From Octopus bimaculoides (taxonomy: Eukaryota): 64,000 nucleotides of DNA. Position numbers and translations under genes: made by a program. The stretch's first letter is position 1. Each line of letters begins with the position of its first letter. The DNA lies in NCBI RefSeq assembly GCF_001194135.2, contig NC_068982.1, positions 70,029,330-70,093,329 on the forward strand, in the 5' to 3' direction. Of the stretch, positions 39,662 through 51,699 are shown piece by piece. The notes beneath the pieces are model-generated. The model was not told the origin of the DNA. It made no database searches and worked only from the letters and a program-made list of their open reading frames with translations.

Positions 39662-40594
39662 TTGCAAAAGGAGAATGTACTTGAATATCATAAAACAGGT
39701 GTACAGTTGGTTGATTTAACTCCAGTGTATGACTGGTATGTTTTATTAATCTTGGATGGATAGAGGGAACAAAATACTGTGAAGTATATGTTTCTACTTC
39801 CCAATCCATGCTAGATTGGATGGTTTGACTGGATCTGACAAGCTGCAGGACTGTACTTTACTCTAATGTTTACTTTAGTATGGTTTCTACAACTAAATGC
39901 CTTTCCTAATGGCAACAACTTTACAGAGTGTACTGACCATATTTAATATAATGACTTAATGAGCTTTTTATAGCATTGTTCATGTTGAAGTAACATTATA
40001 TCACAATAAGAAACAAAAAACATTTAGAAAGCACTGAGACTTCTCATATTAATAACCAAGATGTTACAAGCTAACCTCCCAACTATCTTGATGAAATCTA
40101 AAATCCAAGAAGAAAGAAGGAGCTTTTGGAATAGGAAAGGTGACCTAAGAAAACACAGAAAGGAATAGTGAGGACTCCTGGAGCTCACAAAGGAACAGAC
40201 CCCACCAACTCATGCCAACATAGAAAAGTGGATGTAAGATTGATGATGAAAAAGGTGGTAGAATATAAAGACAATCAGAGTTTGAACTCCTGCATTTGTA
40301 GTAGAAGGTTTTGAATATAGCCATCTGCTGTAACTTATATGATTTACGGTAAATGACAGAAATAATTAAGATGCAAAGATAAAATAGTAAATATAAAAAT
40401 GTTATAAAAAAAATAGATGCAGGAATAGCCATGGGGCTGAGAGGTTCACTGTGCACAATATCTTGATTTCAAGATCAATCCCAATGAGTGGTAGCATCTT
40501 CAGTAAGTGTCTATCGTTTTAGATCTGTTTCTTCTTGCCTCTATGGGTAAGACCCATAGAGGCATGGAGAGAAACAGATGTAAAATGATGATGA

Positions 40595-41345
40595 TGAAAA
40601 GGAGGGGTGGAAAGAAGGAAGAAAGAGGAAGAGGAGGAAGGAGGAGGAGGAAGGAAGAAAGAGGAGGAGGAAGAAAGAGGAGGAGGAGGAAGAAAGAGGA
40701 GGAGGAGGAAGAAAGAGGAGGAGGAGGAAGGGGGNNNNNNNNNNNNNNNNNNNNNNNNNNNNNNNNNNNNNNNNNNNNNNNNNNNNNNNNNNNNNNNNNN
40801 NNNNNNNNNNNNNNNNNNNNNNNNNNNNNNNNNNNNNNNNNNNNNNNNNNNNNNNNNNNNNNNNNNNNNNNNNNNNNNNNNNNNNNNNNNNNNNNNNNNN
40901 NNNNNNNNNNNNNNNNNNNNNNNNNNNNNNNNNNNNNNNNNNNNNNNNNNNNNNNNNNNNNNNNNNNNNNNNNNNNNNNNNNNNNNNNNNNNNNNNNNNN
41001 NNNNNNNNNNNNNNNNNNNNNNNNNNNNNNNNNNNNNNNNNNNNNNNNNNNNNNNNNNNNNNNNNNNNNNNNNNNNNNNNNNNNNNNNNNNNNNNNNNNN
41101 NNNNNNNNNNNNNNNNNNNNNNNNNNNNNNNNNNNNNNNNNNNNNNNNNNNNNNNNNNNNNNNNNNNNNNNNNNNNNNNNNNNNNNNNNNGAAGAAGAAA
41201 GAGGAGGAGGAGGAAGAAGAAAGAGGAGGAGGAGGAAGAAGAAAGAGGAGGAGGAATGAGGAGGAGGAGGAGGAGGAGGAGGAATGAGGAGGAGGAGGAA
41301 TGAGGAGGAGGAGGAGGAGGAGGAGGAGGAAGAAGAGAAGGAAGA
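40595..41345. repeat. Long homopurine (GGA/GAA)n tract interrupted by an assembly gap (N 40735-41190)
   Basis: Direct reading; the overlapping ORF calls are low-complexity artefacts. Confidence 0.95.
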
Positions 41346-41418
41346 GATGACTACCATTTCCACCACATAAACAGAATGTAGACATTTCTTGACTGTATTA
41401 TATACAAATGTCACTTAC

Positions 41419-41505
41419 AAGTGGTCGAGCTGATGTTGAAACTCCAGCAGTGAGTTCAAATGGTTGATCTTCTGGGACTGTTTGAAGTTCAGTTGTATCT
41501 CTTGG
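41419..41505 (-). CDS. FAM13A: FAM13-family exon (PRDTTELQTVPEDQPFELTAGVSTSARPL)
   Basis: ATACAG acceptor, GTAAGT donor, 87 nt, phase 0-0; LQTVPEDQ corresponds to LQPIIEGE. Confidence 0.88.
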
Positions 41506-42255
41506 CTGTATTTAAATAAGAAAGGTATTTATTACATTTTAGTAAAAACAGCATTATATACAGTTAAATAAAACAGTTGATATATTATAGTTAAATAATA
41601 AGTTATATTATATCTAAAAAATGATGATGTTATATTTAAGTAATAAAAAGTGTTTATTTCAGAAAAATAATATTACATTATATTTAAAGGTCATAAAACT
41701 AAGAAAGAAAACATAAAAAATTAATAGATTTTTGTCATCCAGATCTAACCAATGTGCAAAATTTCAACAAGTGATGGACAGTATTTATTCAATCTTGAAA
41801 CTGTATGCTCGACTGTGGCAGAGGTCTCCATTACTTAAGACAGCTGATTACTGAAGGAAGTGGGTTAAACTTGCTAATAAATCTTAAGTAACAGATAAAG
41901 AATTAGAAATAATTTGTTTATCAAGCAAGTAAATAACTATGTAAACAATTAAACATAGTCGATGAGACAGTTAATGTATTTTGCATACATTAACCCAATA
42001 AGTTGGGCATGAAACAACATGCTCTTTCCTGTGCAACACAGACTGAAAAGAGAATTGTGTCAATGCTAAATTCCATGGAACAAAGTTTGCTGATTTCCAA
42101 TAGTGAAATATATTTTGATCACAAGTTAGCTGAGATATCATGTTTGATGTGTCTGTTTGAATTGGCAGGCAAGAAAAGAAACCATGTAGACATCTAATAT
42201 TAGGTATGGTCATATTAATAGTAGTGAAGATACAGGCGCAGTGTGATGTATACTC

Positions 42256-42598
42256 TACTCTTACTCTTTTGCTTGTTTCAGTCATTTGACTGAGGCCATG
42301 CTGGAGCACCACCTTTAATCGAGCAAATCGACTCCAGGACTCATTCTTTGGAAGCCTAGTACTTATTCTATCGGTCTTTTTTGCCGAACCGCTAAGTTAC
42401 AGGGACGTAAACACACCAGCATCGGTTGTCAAGCGATGTTGGGGGGATAAACAGAGACACGCAAACATATACACACACATACATATATATATACATAGAT
42501 ACGACGGGCTTCTTTCAGTTTCCATCTACCAAATCCACTCACAAGGCTTTAGTCAGCCTGAAGCTATAGTAGAAGACACTTGCCCAAGGTGTCACGCA
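42256..42598 (-). mobile_element. Young family-C SINE cut by a 10-N gap
   Basis: CpG-rich, near-consensus copy. Confidence 0.88.
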
Positions 42599-42729
42599 NN
42601 NNNNNNNNATATATATATATATATATATAATATATATATATCTATAATAGAATTGGTACTGTAAATGAAGAAATATAAAATAGAATTGATTCTATAAATG
42701 AAGAAATATAATTTTTTTTTAATTTTGGC

Positions 42730-42958
42730 ACAAAGCAGTTTTGGAGAGGGGGGGGTTCGTTTTTTTTTTATTGATCATCCACCCTCAATGCTCAACTGGT
42801 ACTTATTTTATCAAACTCAAAAGAATGAAAGACGAAGTCAACCTTGGCAGCAGTTGAGTGCAAAGAGCTGCAAGAAATTCTGTTAAGCATTTTGCCTGGC
42901 AAATAAACAAATCTGCCAGTTTACCACCTTAATAATAATAAAAGTAATAATAATAATG

Positions 42959-42989
<31 letters not shown>

Positions 42990-43585
42990 TGATGATGATT
43001 TCAAATTTTGGCACAAGGCCAACAATTTCAAGGATGGGGTAAGTCGATTACATCAACCCTAGTACTTGACTGGTACTTATTTTATCAACCCAGAAAGGAT
43101 GAAAAGTAAAGTCAAACTTTGGTGGAATTTGAATTCAGAATGTGAAGACAAACAAAATGCAGCTAAGCAATCTGCCTGGCATGCTAATGATTCTGCCAGC
43201 TCACTGCCTTAAAAATAACAATAATAATGATAACAACAATAATAATAATAATAATCCTTTCTACTATATACACAAGGCCTGACATTTTGGGGGAGGGGGC
43301 CAGTTGGTTAGAATGACCCCAGTATGCAACTGGTACTTAATCTATTGACCCTGAAAGGATGAAAGGTAAAGTCAACCTCAGTGGAATTTGATCTCAAAAC
43401 ACACCAATGGGCAAAAATATCGTTGAGCATTTTGTTTAGCATGCAAATGATTCTGCTAGCTCATAGGCACAAGGCCTAAACTTGGAGGGCAAGGGCTAGT
43501 CAATTATACCAACCACAGTGCTCAACTGGTATTTATTTCATCAAGCCCAAAAGAATGAAAGGCAAAGTTGACCTCAGAACATAAT
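42730..43585 (-). repeat. Tandem array of about four family-A units in reverse orientation, separated by (AAT)n
   Basis: Reverse-complement core CTGGTACTTATTTTATCAACCC.GAAAGGATGAAA.G.AAAGTCAAC recurs near 42800, 43075, 43335 and 43530. Confidence 0.85.
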
Positions 43586-43879
43586 GAATCAGAGAGAATA
43601 AACATGAGGTATTTATTTTTGGTGGATTCTGCCAATCCACCATCTTGATGCTATAACAATAATGATCATAATCAAAGGTAATAATAATTATAAATGAATG
43701 TAACTCCCAGTTAAATTCTATTTGTGGAAGTTGTAAAGCAAGTAGCCAAATCAGTATGAAAGAATTTCAGTAAACCTAACATATATGTAGATCAGTACAT
43801 TTTGCTTTCAAATCTCAAAAACAATAATGTGTTCTTAATTATCATAAATAATCACACTGGATATCATCACTAACTAAAT

Positions 43880-44483
43880 GAGTGGTTCTCAACTGGGGTC
43901 TATTTTGTTATTAAAATTTATGTGCAATAAATTGCTTATACTTCTACAATGCACAAGATATTAAATTTTTTTTTACACAACTGACTGTATGGTAAAAAGC
44001 TTGCTTCCCAACCACATGGTTCTGGGTTCAGTTCCACAGTGCAGCACCTTTGGCAGGTGTCATCTACTATAGCCTTGGGCCAACCAAAGCCTTGTGAATG
44101 GATTTGGTAGACAGGAACTGAAAGAAGCCTGTTGTGTGTGTGTCCCACCACTTGACAACTTGTGTTGGTGTGTTTTTACATCCCCATAACTTAGCAGTTT
44201 GGCAAACGAGATCAATAGAATAAGTAACAGGTGTTACAAAAAAATACTAATCACTAGGGTCAATTCATTTGACTAAAAATTCTACAAAGTGGTGCCTCTG
44301 CATGGCCGCAGTCTAATGACTGAAGCAAGTAAAAGATAAAAGACAAATTCCTAATAATATTTAATTATAAAAATACAGTAGGATTTTTTTTTTTTTACAT
44401 TTATATCAAATCGCTATGGAAAGCCAGTGGAGTAAAATAGGAATCACAGGGTTCCATAGGCAAAAAATGGTTGAAAACTACTG
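43880..44483. mobile_element. hAT-like MITE with a family-C SINE (43981-44342, + strand) nested inside
   Basis: Termini GAGTGGTTCTCAAC ... GTTGAAAACTACTG; imperfect 8-bp flanks AACTAAAT/ATCTAAAC. Confidence 0.65.
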
Positions 44484-44702
44484 ATCTAAACTACAGAACT
44501 ATTCAGATACTTAGAATTCCAAAACTGAAGAATGCTTTCAATGATAGCATACTTAGTTCTTTGCCATTATCATTCAAACCATAGATATACTTGGAAACAT
44601 TCATGGGGCCACAAAATATTAATGTCATTAAGGAGTAATTTGGTAATGGTAGAGAATATTGGATAAGAGCTAACAGAAACAAAATGTGTTCTGGTTGGGT
44701 AA

Positions 44703-44929
44703 TTAAACTATCAGCATTCAGATTATTCTGCCATATGTAATGCTTATTTATTCACATTGTTTTGAACTAATCATGTATTATCTCGTAGTTTCAGGATTTC
44801 AATGATGTGATTGTTTATTTTTAGAATGACATTGTAGGGTAGGTGTGAAAGGCCGGATCTTACTGGTTTGAAGATAAACAAGTTGAATATATCAACCTGA
44901 TGTGGCTAGTTTAAATGCTAAAGGGTTAT
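44703..44929. mobile_element. piggyBac-type MITE (degenerate)
   Basis: The body matches 28148-28350 and 38089-38313; right end AATGCTAAAGGG-TTAT. Confidence 0.8.
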
Positions 44930-45617
44930 AAACAGTATTGCATTGTGTAGTGTTAATTTGGAATAGGTGGGAGAATAGACTAAAGCATCCATGGTACAGA
45001 GAGAGATCATGAAAACTTTGTAGAATTCAAAAAAAAAAAAAGGAAAGTTCTTTAATTAATAAACTAAGTCACAGTTTTTAATTGTTACTGATTGAATAAA
45101 GTAGGCTAAAAGGTTAACAATTTCACTTCAGAACCACAAGGTCCCATTGCATAGCACTTTGGACAGATATCATGCTTTTTAACCTCAGGTCAAACCCATA
45201 ACTTGTGATTGATATTGGATGGATGGAAACTGCATAAAAGCCCATCAAGTGGATTGTACCTGTAATTCAACAGGTATATATCCTTTTCACACACTGCCTC
45301 ATGCAGATTCTGCCTGTTAAATTACAGTAAGGGTAACATGTCAGGAATACTCAGTCAATTCAAGAGCAGGTAATTCAGCTGATCAAACAATGGAGATTCA
45401 AGACTGGGTAAAAAAGACAAGTCAGACATAACTGTGCTAAACTCCTTTCATCAGTGAGAAACAGTCCTAAGTATTGATCTTATGTTTCATCATTAAGATT
45501 TCAAAACAAAATTAAATGCTAGATTTCATATATTTTCTAAACCTTTAATGAGTGTGAACAAAAGCTCGTTACTGAACAATCTCAAGGTTATTAGTCTCTT
45601 AATAATTAGCAACATAC

Positions 45618-45701
45618 CGAAGCAGGTTTTGCAAGCATTCGTTTAACCAAACGGTAATGATTGTACAGTGGTCGCATCAAATCTTTTGATATTTTGGATG
45701 A
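45618..45701 (-). CDS. FAM13A: FAM13-family exon (SSKISKDLMRPLYNHYRLVKRMLAKPAS)
   Basis: TTTTTAG acceptor, GTATGT donor, 84 nt; matches MKPLYDRYRLVKQIL. Confidence 0.95.
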
Positions 45702-47561
45702 CTAAAAAGTGGAAAATAATATCATATAATACACAATATAAAATAAACAAATTAGGGTATTTGAAATATTAATTTTAATATTGTATTTAATAAAGAATAT
45801 AGTGAACCCCAAATACAAAAATAACACTTAGTTGGACAAAAAAAAAACCTTTAAGACTCTTTTAGTTATAAAATATCCAAAATTATTTTATATTAGTTTT
45901 GGGCTATGATAGGTTTTACAGCTTAAGCCAGCCATGAACAAATTGTAGCCAACAGGACTTTCTGAATGGCAAACTTAATGAAACATTTCCTTGAATTGTT
46001 TTCAGTTGTGTGGCCCACCTGATGATGAACAATGTTTTATGCAACCTCAGAAAAGTTTGCCCGTGCCTGGTTGCAAGATCTGAACCCCTTCACCATTTGA
46101 AAACCTTATTTACAATTGGATTTGAAAGTAATTTTCATGCTAATGAGTCCAACAGTTTAGTATAGGGTAAGTTTATTATAGTTTATTTTAGTAGGCAGTA
46201 CAGAAAAGTCCCTCTACAGAGCCAATAGGGCAAGTTTGAAAATTCAACCTATCAGTACAGATACTTTAGCTTGAGAATATAGCAAACATTTAATAAGTAA
46301 CACCAAATTATCTGCTCAACAAATTATTATCTCCTCTGATCTTTTCACTCTCACCTTTATGCTGCTCTTAAAACTTGCTTTCCAAAGGCAAATGTCCAAC
46401 ATTGGTCAATACTCCAATGTTCAATGTTAAGATAGTCATAACAATAGGACAACTAATTTCTTAGATGATTGCTCTGTTATTAAAGACTTATTTTAAGGAT
46501 TTAGTGCCAACAGGCTGTTTTAAAAACAATTTACAAATACAAAATTTCATTTTCATCTCTTCTTTAATGGATGGATTTGTTTCAATTGAAATCTGACAAA
46601 AAAAGTGTATTATATCAGGAAAATAAAAGGTAAAGTTATTTATAAGTGTCTCATTCTTGAAACAACACAAGGTGTGATGATAAGAAAAAGATTGTATGAA
46701 TGTGCATACCAAGTGTATAGATGGTGAGCAAGGCTGTGAGAGAGCTAAATAAAGCAAACTACTAAATAGAGGAGAGTAATACTTGAAGAAAGTTGTATCC
46801 TCATGAAAGAGGAAAGAAAGTGACATAATAGGGTGTGTATGCTGTACAAATAGCAGCTAAATTATAAAGTGAAAACAAAGTGATTGGAAGTGTTCTGGAC
46901 AAAAACCCATGTAGGAAATAACAATTAATCTGTTATTAACATTACTATTAAAAAAAATTTGAGAATTAAATTACTTGAAAATATTACAAAGTCATATAAA
47001 AACATTTTTTTATAATTTTTATTATGTACAAATAGTTAACAAAAAAAAGCAATATTTCTCATCAGAGACATTACTAAATAGAAAATCATTACATTTTTAA
47101 GAGATCAATTAAAAATTTAAATAAAAATATCATAAAGAGTTAAACCTATTTCTGACAAGCTTTTATATTAGATAAAATTAACAAAGCACATTAAAAAGAA
47201 AATGGGTTTTTTTCCCTAAAAAGTATTCAATTTTTTTTTTAATGTACAGCTACAAAGTTTTTAAAATTAAAATGAAATTGTTCTATCAAAGACAGTAATT
47301 ACTGAATTCATTCATGAATACTGCACCCATTCCCACACTTAGAATAATAATCTAACACACTTCTTGAAACAATGAATGTCTTTCTAAAGCGTCATATTGG
47401 AACTGATTTTCAATATTTCAGCTAAAAAAAAAAAAAAGTTTCCACATGTCTGCATCACCTCCCAACAACGCCCCACCCCCAGTAAATGCATATTCTCAGG
47501 GTGACAAAGTTTCAAATTCTGACTGGAACTATTTGACTTCATTATGATGATGATGGAAACA

Positions 47562-47771
47562 TTAATCCCTTGCAGACGGACTTAGTACTGACAGTCTGTG
47601 CCTTTCAGTAACTACATCATTTTTCATTCAAGGAATTTTACAGTGTATTTACAGACTTTTTTCAGTGTGGTATATTTGAAAACATGGCACCGCACAGAGT
47701 GAGACATCTCATTGCTCACACACACAGTGTTTCAATGCAGTCGGTACCATTTCCCATCTACAAGGGGTTAA
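47562..47771. mobile_element. Second piggyBac-type MITE family
   Basis: TTAA-TCCCTTGCAGACGG ... CCATCTACAAGGGG-TTAA (14-bp imperfect TIRs). Confidence 0.75.
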
Positions 47772-48039
47772 CAATGTAAGTAAAATGAAACTGTTCTAAT
47801 CTGAAAGTAAAATCTTGCAAAAAGCTCAGCTGACAGTGAATGCATTGCTATGGCATTTGCCTAAAATGTTTTAAGTTTCCTTTTGGCTTTTTCTTTTTTT
47901 AGAAAATCTGAATGTACAATATTAAAGCAGTGTTGTGCAACTAATTTCAATGGGAGGCATAAAATTATTAAATTCATTAAAAACACAACTTTCTAGAAAT
48001 CAAGTTAAAATACATAAATATATAAAAATTATTTGGAAA

Positions 48040-48386
48040 ATATCACTTTTAAGATAATCTCTACAGATATTCTATAGAAATTATAGCCAGCACTGATTTT
48101 CATAATGGCATTTCATATCCGAAACATCAGATGTAGACAAACAATGAGAACAAAGATGAAAAAAAGGGTATACCATATTTTGGGAGTTTTGCTCCTTCAT
48201 CAGCACCCATCTAAAAAAACCCGCCCAAAAAATCCTGAAATATGGCATCTGCACCCATTACCCTTTTTTCATCTTTGATCTCATTGCTTGTTTGCATCTG
48301 ACATCTCAGATACAAAACGTAACAAAAATCCATGCTGGCTATAATTTCTATAAAAAACCTGTCGAGATAACCTTAAAAGTGATGTA
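48040..48386. mobile_element. ~350-bp inverted-repeat element, probably an inverted Penelope-like pLTR pair
   Basis: Arms ~48040-48184 and ~48233-48385 are reverse complements, including a perfect 20-mer TATAGAAATTATAGCCAGCA (48073-48092 / 48333-48352); a hammerhead-like core lies at the junction. Confidence 0.7.
48178..48210 (-). ncRNA. Degenerate hammerhead-ribozyme-like motif
   Basis: Minus strand ATGGGTG-CTGATGA-A-GGAG-CAAAA-CTCC-C-AAAA; the GAAA box is mutated to AAAA. Confidence 0.5.
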
Positions 48387-48442
48387 AATCACACTGCTAA
48401 CACAGTAGAACACTGTATTGACTTATAAAAATGTTTAATATA

Positions 48443-49042
48443 TTGGGTTGTCCGGAAAGTTCATGCCGATTTTCCAAAAGTTTCTTCTCACTCAACTCAT
48501 GTGGTACCCAAACATCGTAACGATTTGTGTACCCAAGCTTTACCAGGTGCTCATAAACGACAGATTTTGATAGGTTGAGGCTTTCTGCCAATTCTCGGGT
48601 TGTGCAATGTGGATTATTCTCAATTAATGACTTGATTTGGTTATCATCTGTAGGTAGTGGATGGTCTGCCTGATCGCTCTTTATCAATAAGGCTACAATC
48701 TCCAGCTTGGAACCTTGCGAACCACTTCCGTACATTTCTTTCAGATAAAGAAACATCACCGTAAACTGTGCATATTTCTTTGGTTGCTTGTGAGGCATTT
48801 TTCCCTTTACGGAAAAAGAACAGCATCAAGTGCCAAAAATGAACTTTCTTATCTTCCCTTTTAAAGGGTTACAGAATTAACACAGGTTATAGGAACATAA
48901 ACCTTCTTCCACGAAAAGATAGCTTAAACTGTGCTCTAAATGGAGGTGTAGTCAAATCCTATTTTATGGACGCAACCATGTTCTAAAAATAAGTCGAAAT
49001 GTAAGCTACTATAAATCGGCACAAACTTTCCGGACAACCCAA
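48443..49042 (-). mobile_element. Internally deleted mariner element (600 bp)
   Basis: 30-bp TIRs TTGGGTTGTCCGGAAAGTTCATGCCGATTT / AAATCGGCACAAACTTTCCGGACAACCCAA (2 mismatches), TA flanks. Encodes FRKGKNASQATKEIC...WFARF...RSGRP and, after a frameshift, TTRELAE...WVPHELSEK, then runs into the TIR. Confidence 0.93.
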
Positions 49043-49776
49043 TACTTTATATTATTTTATGCTTGCATAATGAAGTACAGTGTCCTTACAAGTCATTAAT
49101 ATTTCGAAAATAATGAAGAATTTAGTAAAATAACTGTCATTATTAATCTGTTATTTGGAACATAAGTTAGCATAAACGGTTTTAATTTAGATCACTTCAA
49201 AACAGGACAATTATGTAGGAGAACTAAGAGTGGTCTTAATTGTGTTGTGCAAAGTATGAACTTTGCACTCCTCCCAAGCAGAGCTGACCATGTTACACCC
49301 TTCTGATACAAAACCATCTGTGACCACCACTAGTTCCATGGTACAGTCTTTTGTTTTAAAGTAGTCTAAGTTAGATTCTTCCATCAAACTCACATGTTAA
49401 TTCATGTTTCAAATATTAGCTTAATAATGACCAAGCTATTTCAATGAACTCTTCATTATTTTCAAAACTAATTAAAACAAAACCAATGTCTTTCTGCGGA
49501 AATATAACAAAAGAGTTGAGGCATTTTATGTTCAAATTCATTTTAAATTTTTGTCATCATCCATGTGACCTGGGGAATTACCATAATAATTGTGTTATAT
49601 ATATGTAATAGATATAGCTATTACTATTTCATCAAACTTTTACTGAAGACTAACACAAAAATCACATAGCCTCAACTTAGTTATTGCAATACCCAGAGAC
49701 TACCAAAGTTTTTACAAAGTTATATAAAGGAAATATTTTAGAAATAAGATCAAGAGAAAAAAACTGAAAGACTTAC

Positions 49777-49860
49777 TGGTCGGCCATGGATGCCCTCAAA
49801 GTGAAGGAGGGATTTCTGAATAGCTAGCTTTTCTTCTTGGATTTCATCTCTACTCATCAA
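49777..49860 (-). CDS. FAM13A: FAM13-family exon (LMSRDEIQEEKLAIQKSLLHFEGIHGRP)
   Basis: TTTCAG acceptor, GTAAGT donor, 84 nt; matches [27 protein letters not shown]. Confidence 0.96.
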
Positions 49861-50156
49861 CTGAAATAAGAAGAAAAAAAACTTTATACTCTCTCATTGG
49901 AACTCTAAAATGGAGTTGAAATGTGTTGAAGTTTTCTTTACTAGAGACATCAAATGGACATTACTAGCAAAGAAATTGACAGTGCAAGGAAAACTCTAGC
50001 TAATACATCATCAACATCATCATCAACACAGTAGCAGTTTCAGATGCATTCTCACTCCATACACCTGCTATAATGATTCACTGATTTTTTTCCCTCTTGT
50101 TTTGTTAATCCTGGATTCCTCCAGGAATTAGGTGTCTATTTCTTTATTTCATCATC

Positions 50157-50470
50157 AACAACTGGCACACAGGCAGTTACAACAAGGGTTCCAGTTGATT
50201 TGATCAACAGAACAGCTTGCTCATAAAATTAATGTGCAAATGGCTGAGCACTCCACATACAGGTATACCCTTAACAAAGTTCTCAGTATGACACAATGTG
50301 ACAAGACTGGCCCTTTGAAATACAGGAACTACTCACTTTTGCCATCTGAGCAGAGTGGAGCAATGTGAAACAAAGCATCTTGCTCCAAGACACAACGTGC
50401 CATCAGGAATTGAACTCACAACCCTACAATTTTAAGCCAAATATCCTAACCACTAAGTCACACACCTTCA
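50157..50470 (-). mobile_element. Older tRNA-derived SINE sharing the family-B central/3' domain
   Basis: AAGGGTTCCAGTTGAT...AAATTAATGTGCAAATGGCTGAGCACTCCAC...CCCTTTGAAATACAGG, joined to a different tRNA-like head. Confidence 0.75.
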
Positions 50471-51172
50471 CTAAATTTTATCATCATCATCATCATCAAA
50501 CATCCATGCTTCATGCTGACATAGGCTTAATAGTTTGACAAGATCAGATAGACAAGAACTGTACCATACTCTAGTGTCTGCTTTGGCATGGTTTCTATGG
50601 CTGAGTACCCTTCCTAATGCCAACCACTTTACAACACGTAGTGTGCTTTTACTATGCCAGCAGTCTTAGTAAGGTGGCCATGCAGCTTGAAAGACTATGA
50701 TCCCCGAGTGGTGAGGGGCAACTTTATGCAAGACTGGTGAGATCAATGCAGTTAACATTTCACTTGAATAGTGGTAAGTCACAGGAAAACTACGAGTTAG
50801 GAGGGAATTTCAGAGGGATGATGTTTTAATAGGAAAGGATTGGGTATAACAAGGAGTTGGCATGGGGCCTGGCATGAACTCAATAGGAGCAATAAAAAGA
50901 GATGAGTGAATCAGAAATGCCTGAGAGGAAATGACATTAGACTGGCCAACTCCAAAAACCAGAGACCACAGTAGTAGGAGGACAGAGGTTGAAATGTGAT
51001 TCTGAACAACTGCATGTTAATCAATTGAGTGGCCTGACCATCATAAAGACTTCTCTATTTTTTAAAACAGCTTATACTAATATTGTTGATATATTGTCAG
51101 TGTGACACATCAGTATCTCACACAACAACATGTCTAACATTAATATTGTGGATGTGTAAATACAATTGTTAC

Positions 51173-51342
51173 CTCCAGTTCTTCAGGGCGTCTGGCATCT
51201 CTACGTTTTTCTTTTAGTTTCTTGATAATAGACTCAAGAGTTTGTTCCATTGTTGGAACAGTAGTTGGAGATTCAGAACCGCCAGATGATGCTCCACTTC
51301 CATGCCGACTGCGACTACTCATTTCAGCTTCTTCTTTCAGTT
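51173..51342 (-). CDS. FAM13A: FAM13-family exon (LKEEAEMSSRSRHG...TLESIIKKLKEKRRDARRPEELE)
   Basis: Poly-T + GTATAG acceptor, GTAACA donor, 170 nt; matches TLEAIMKRLAEKRAEAGRPEDIK. Confidence 0.94.
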
Positions 51343-51699
51343 CTATACAAAAAAAAAAAAAAAGTGAAATGGATGTTAAGATTTCAGGTGGTTTTCAAAG
51401 TAAAAATCCTCAAAACTAAGTGCACCATTTCAAACTAGTAAGTGCTTGTACTTCTTCCATTTAAAAAGTCATGTTATAATTACATATGCAATTTAAGTAT
51501 AAACATGTGTATGTATTGTGTGACTGATATCGTCATCATCATTTAACATTCATCTTCCATGCTGACAAGATCTGATGAGTTCAAGGACTGCATCAAACCC
51601 CAGTATCTACTTTGTGTGGTTTCTGTGAATGGAGACCCTTCCTAAGATTAACCACTTTACACCATGTACTTGGTGCATTTTTCCATACCACCAACACTA

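Noticed and set aside
40500-41414. Long ORFs of poly-S/P/E/R/G spanning 40500-41414
   Set aside because: They are translations of a (GGA)n tract plus an N gap.
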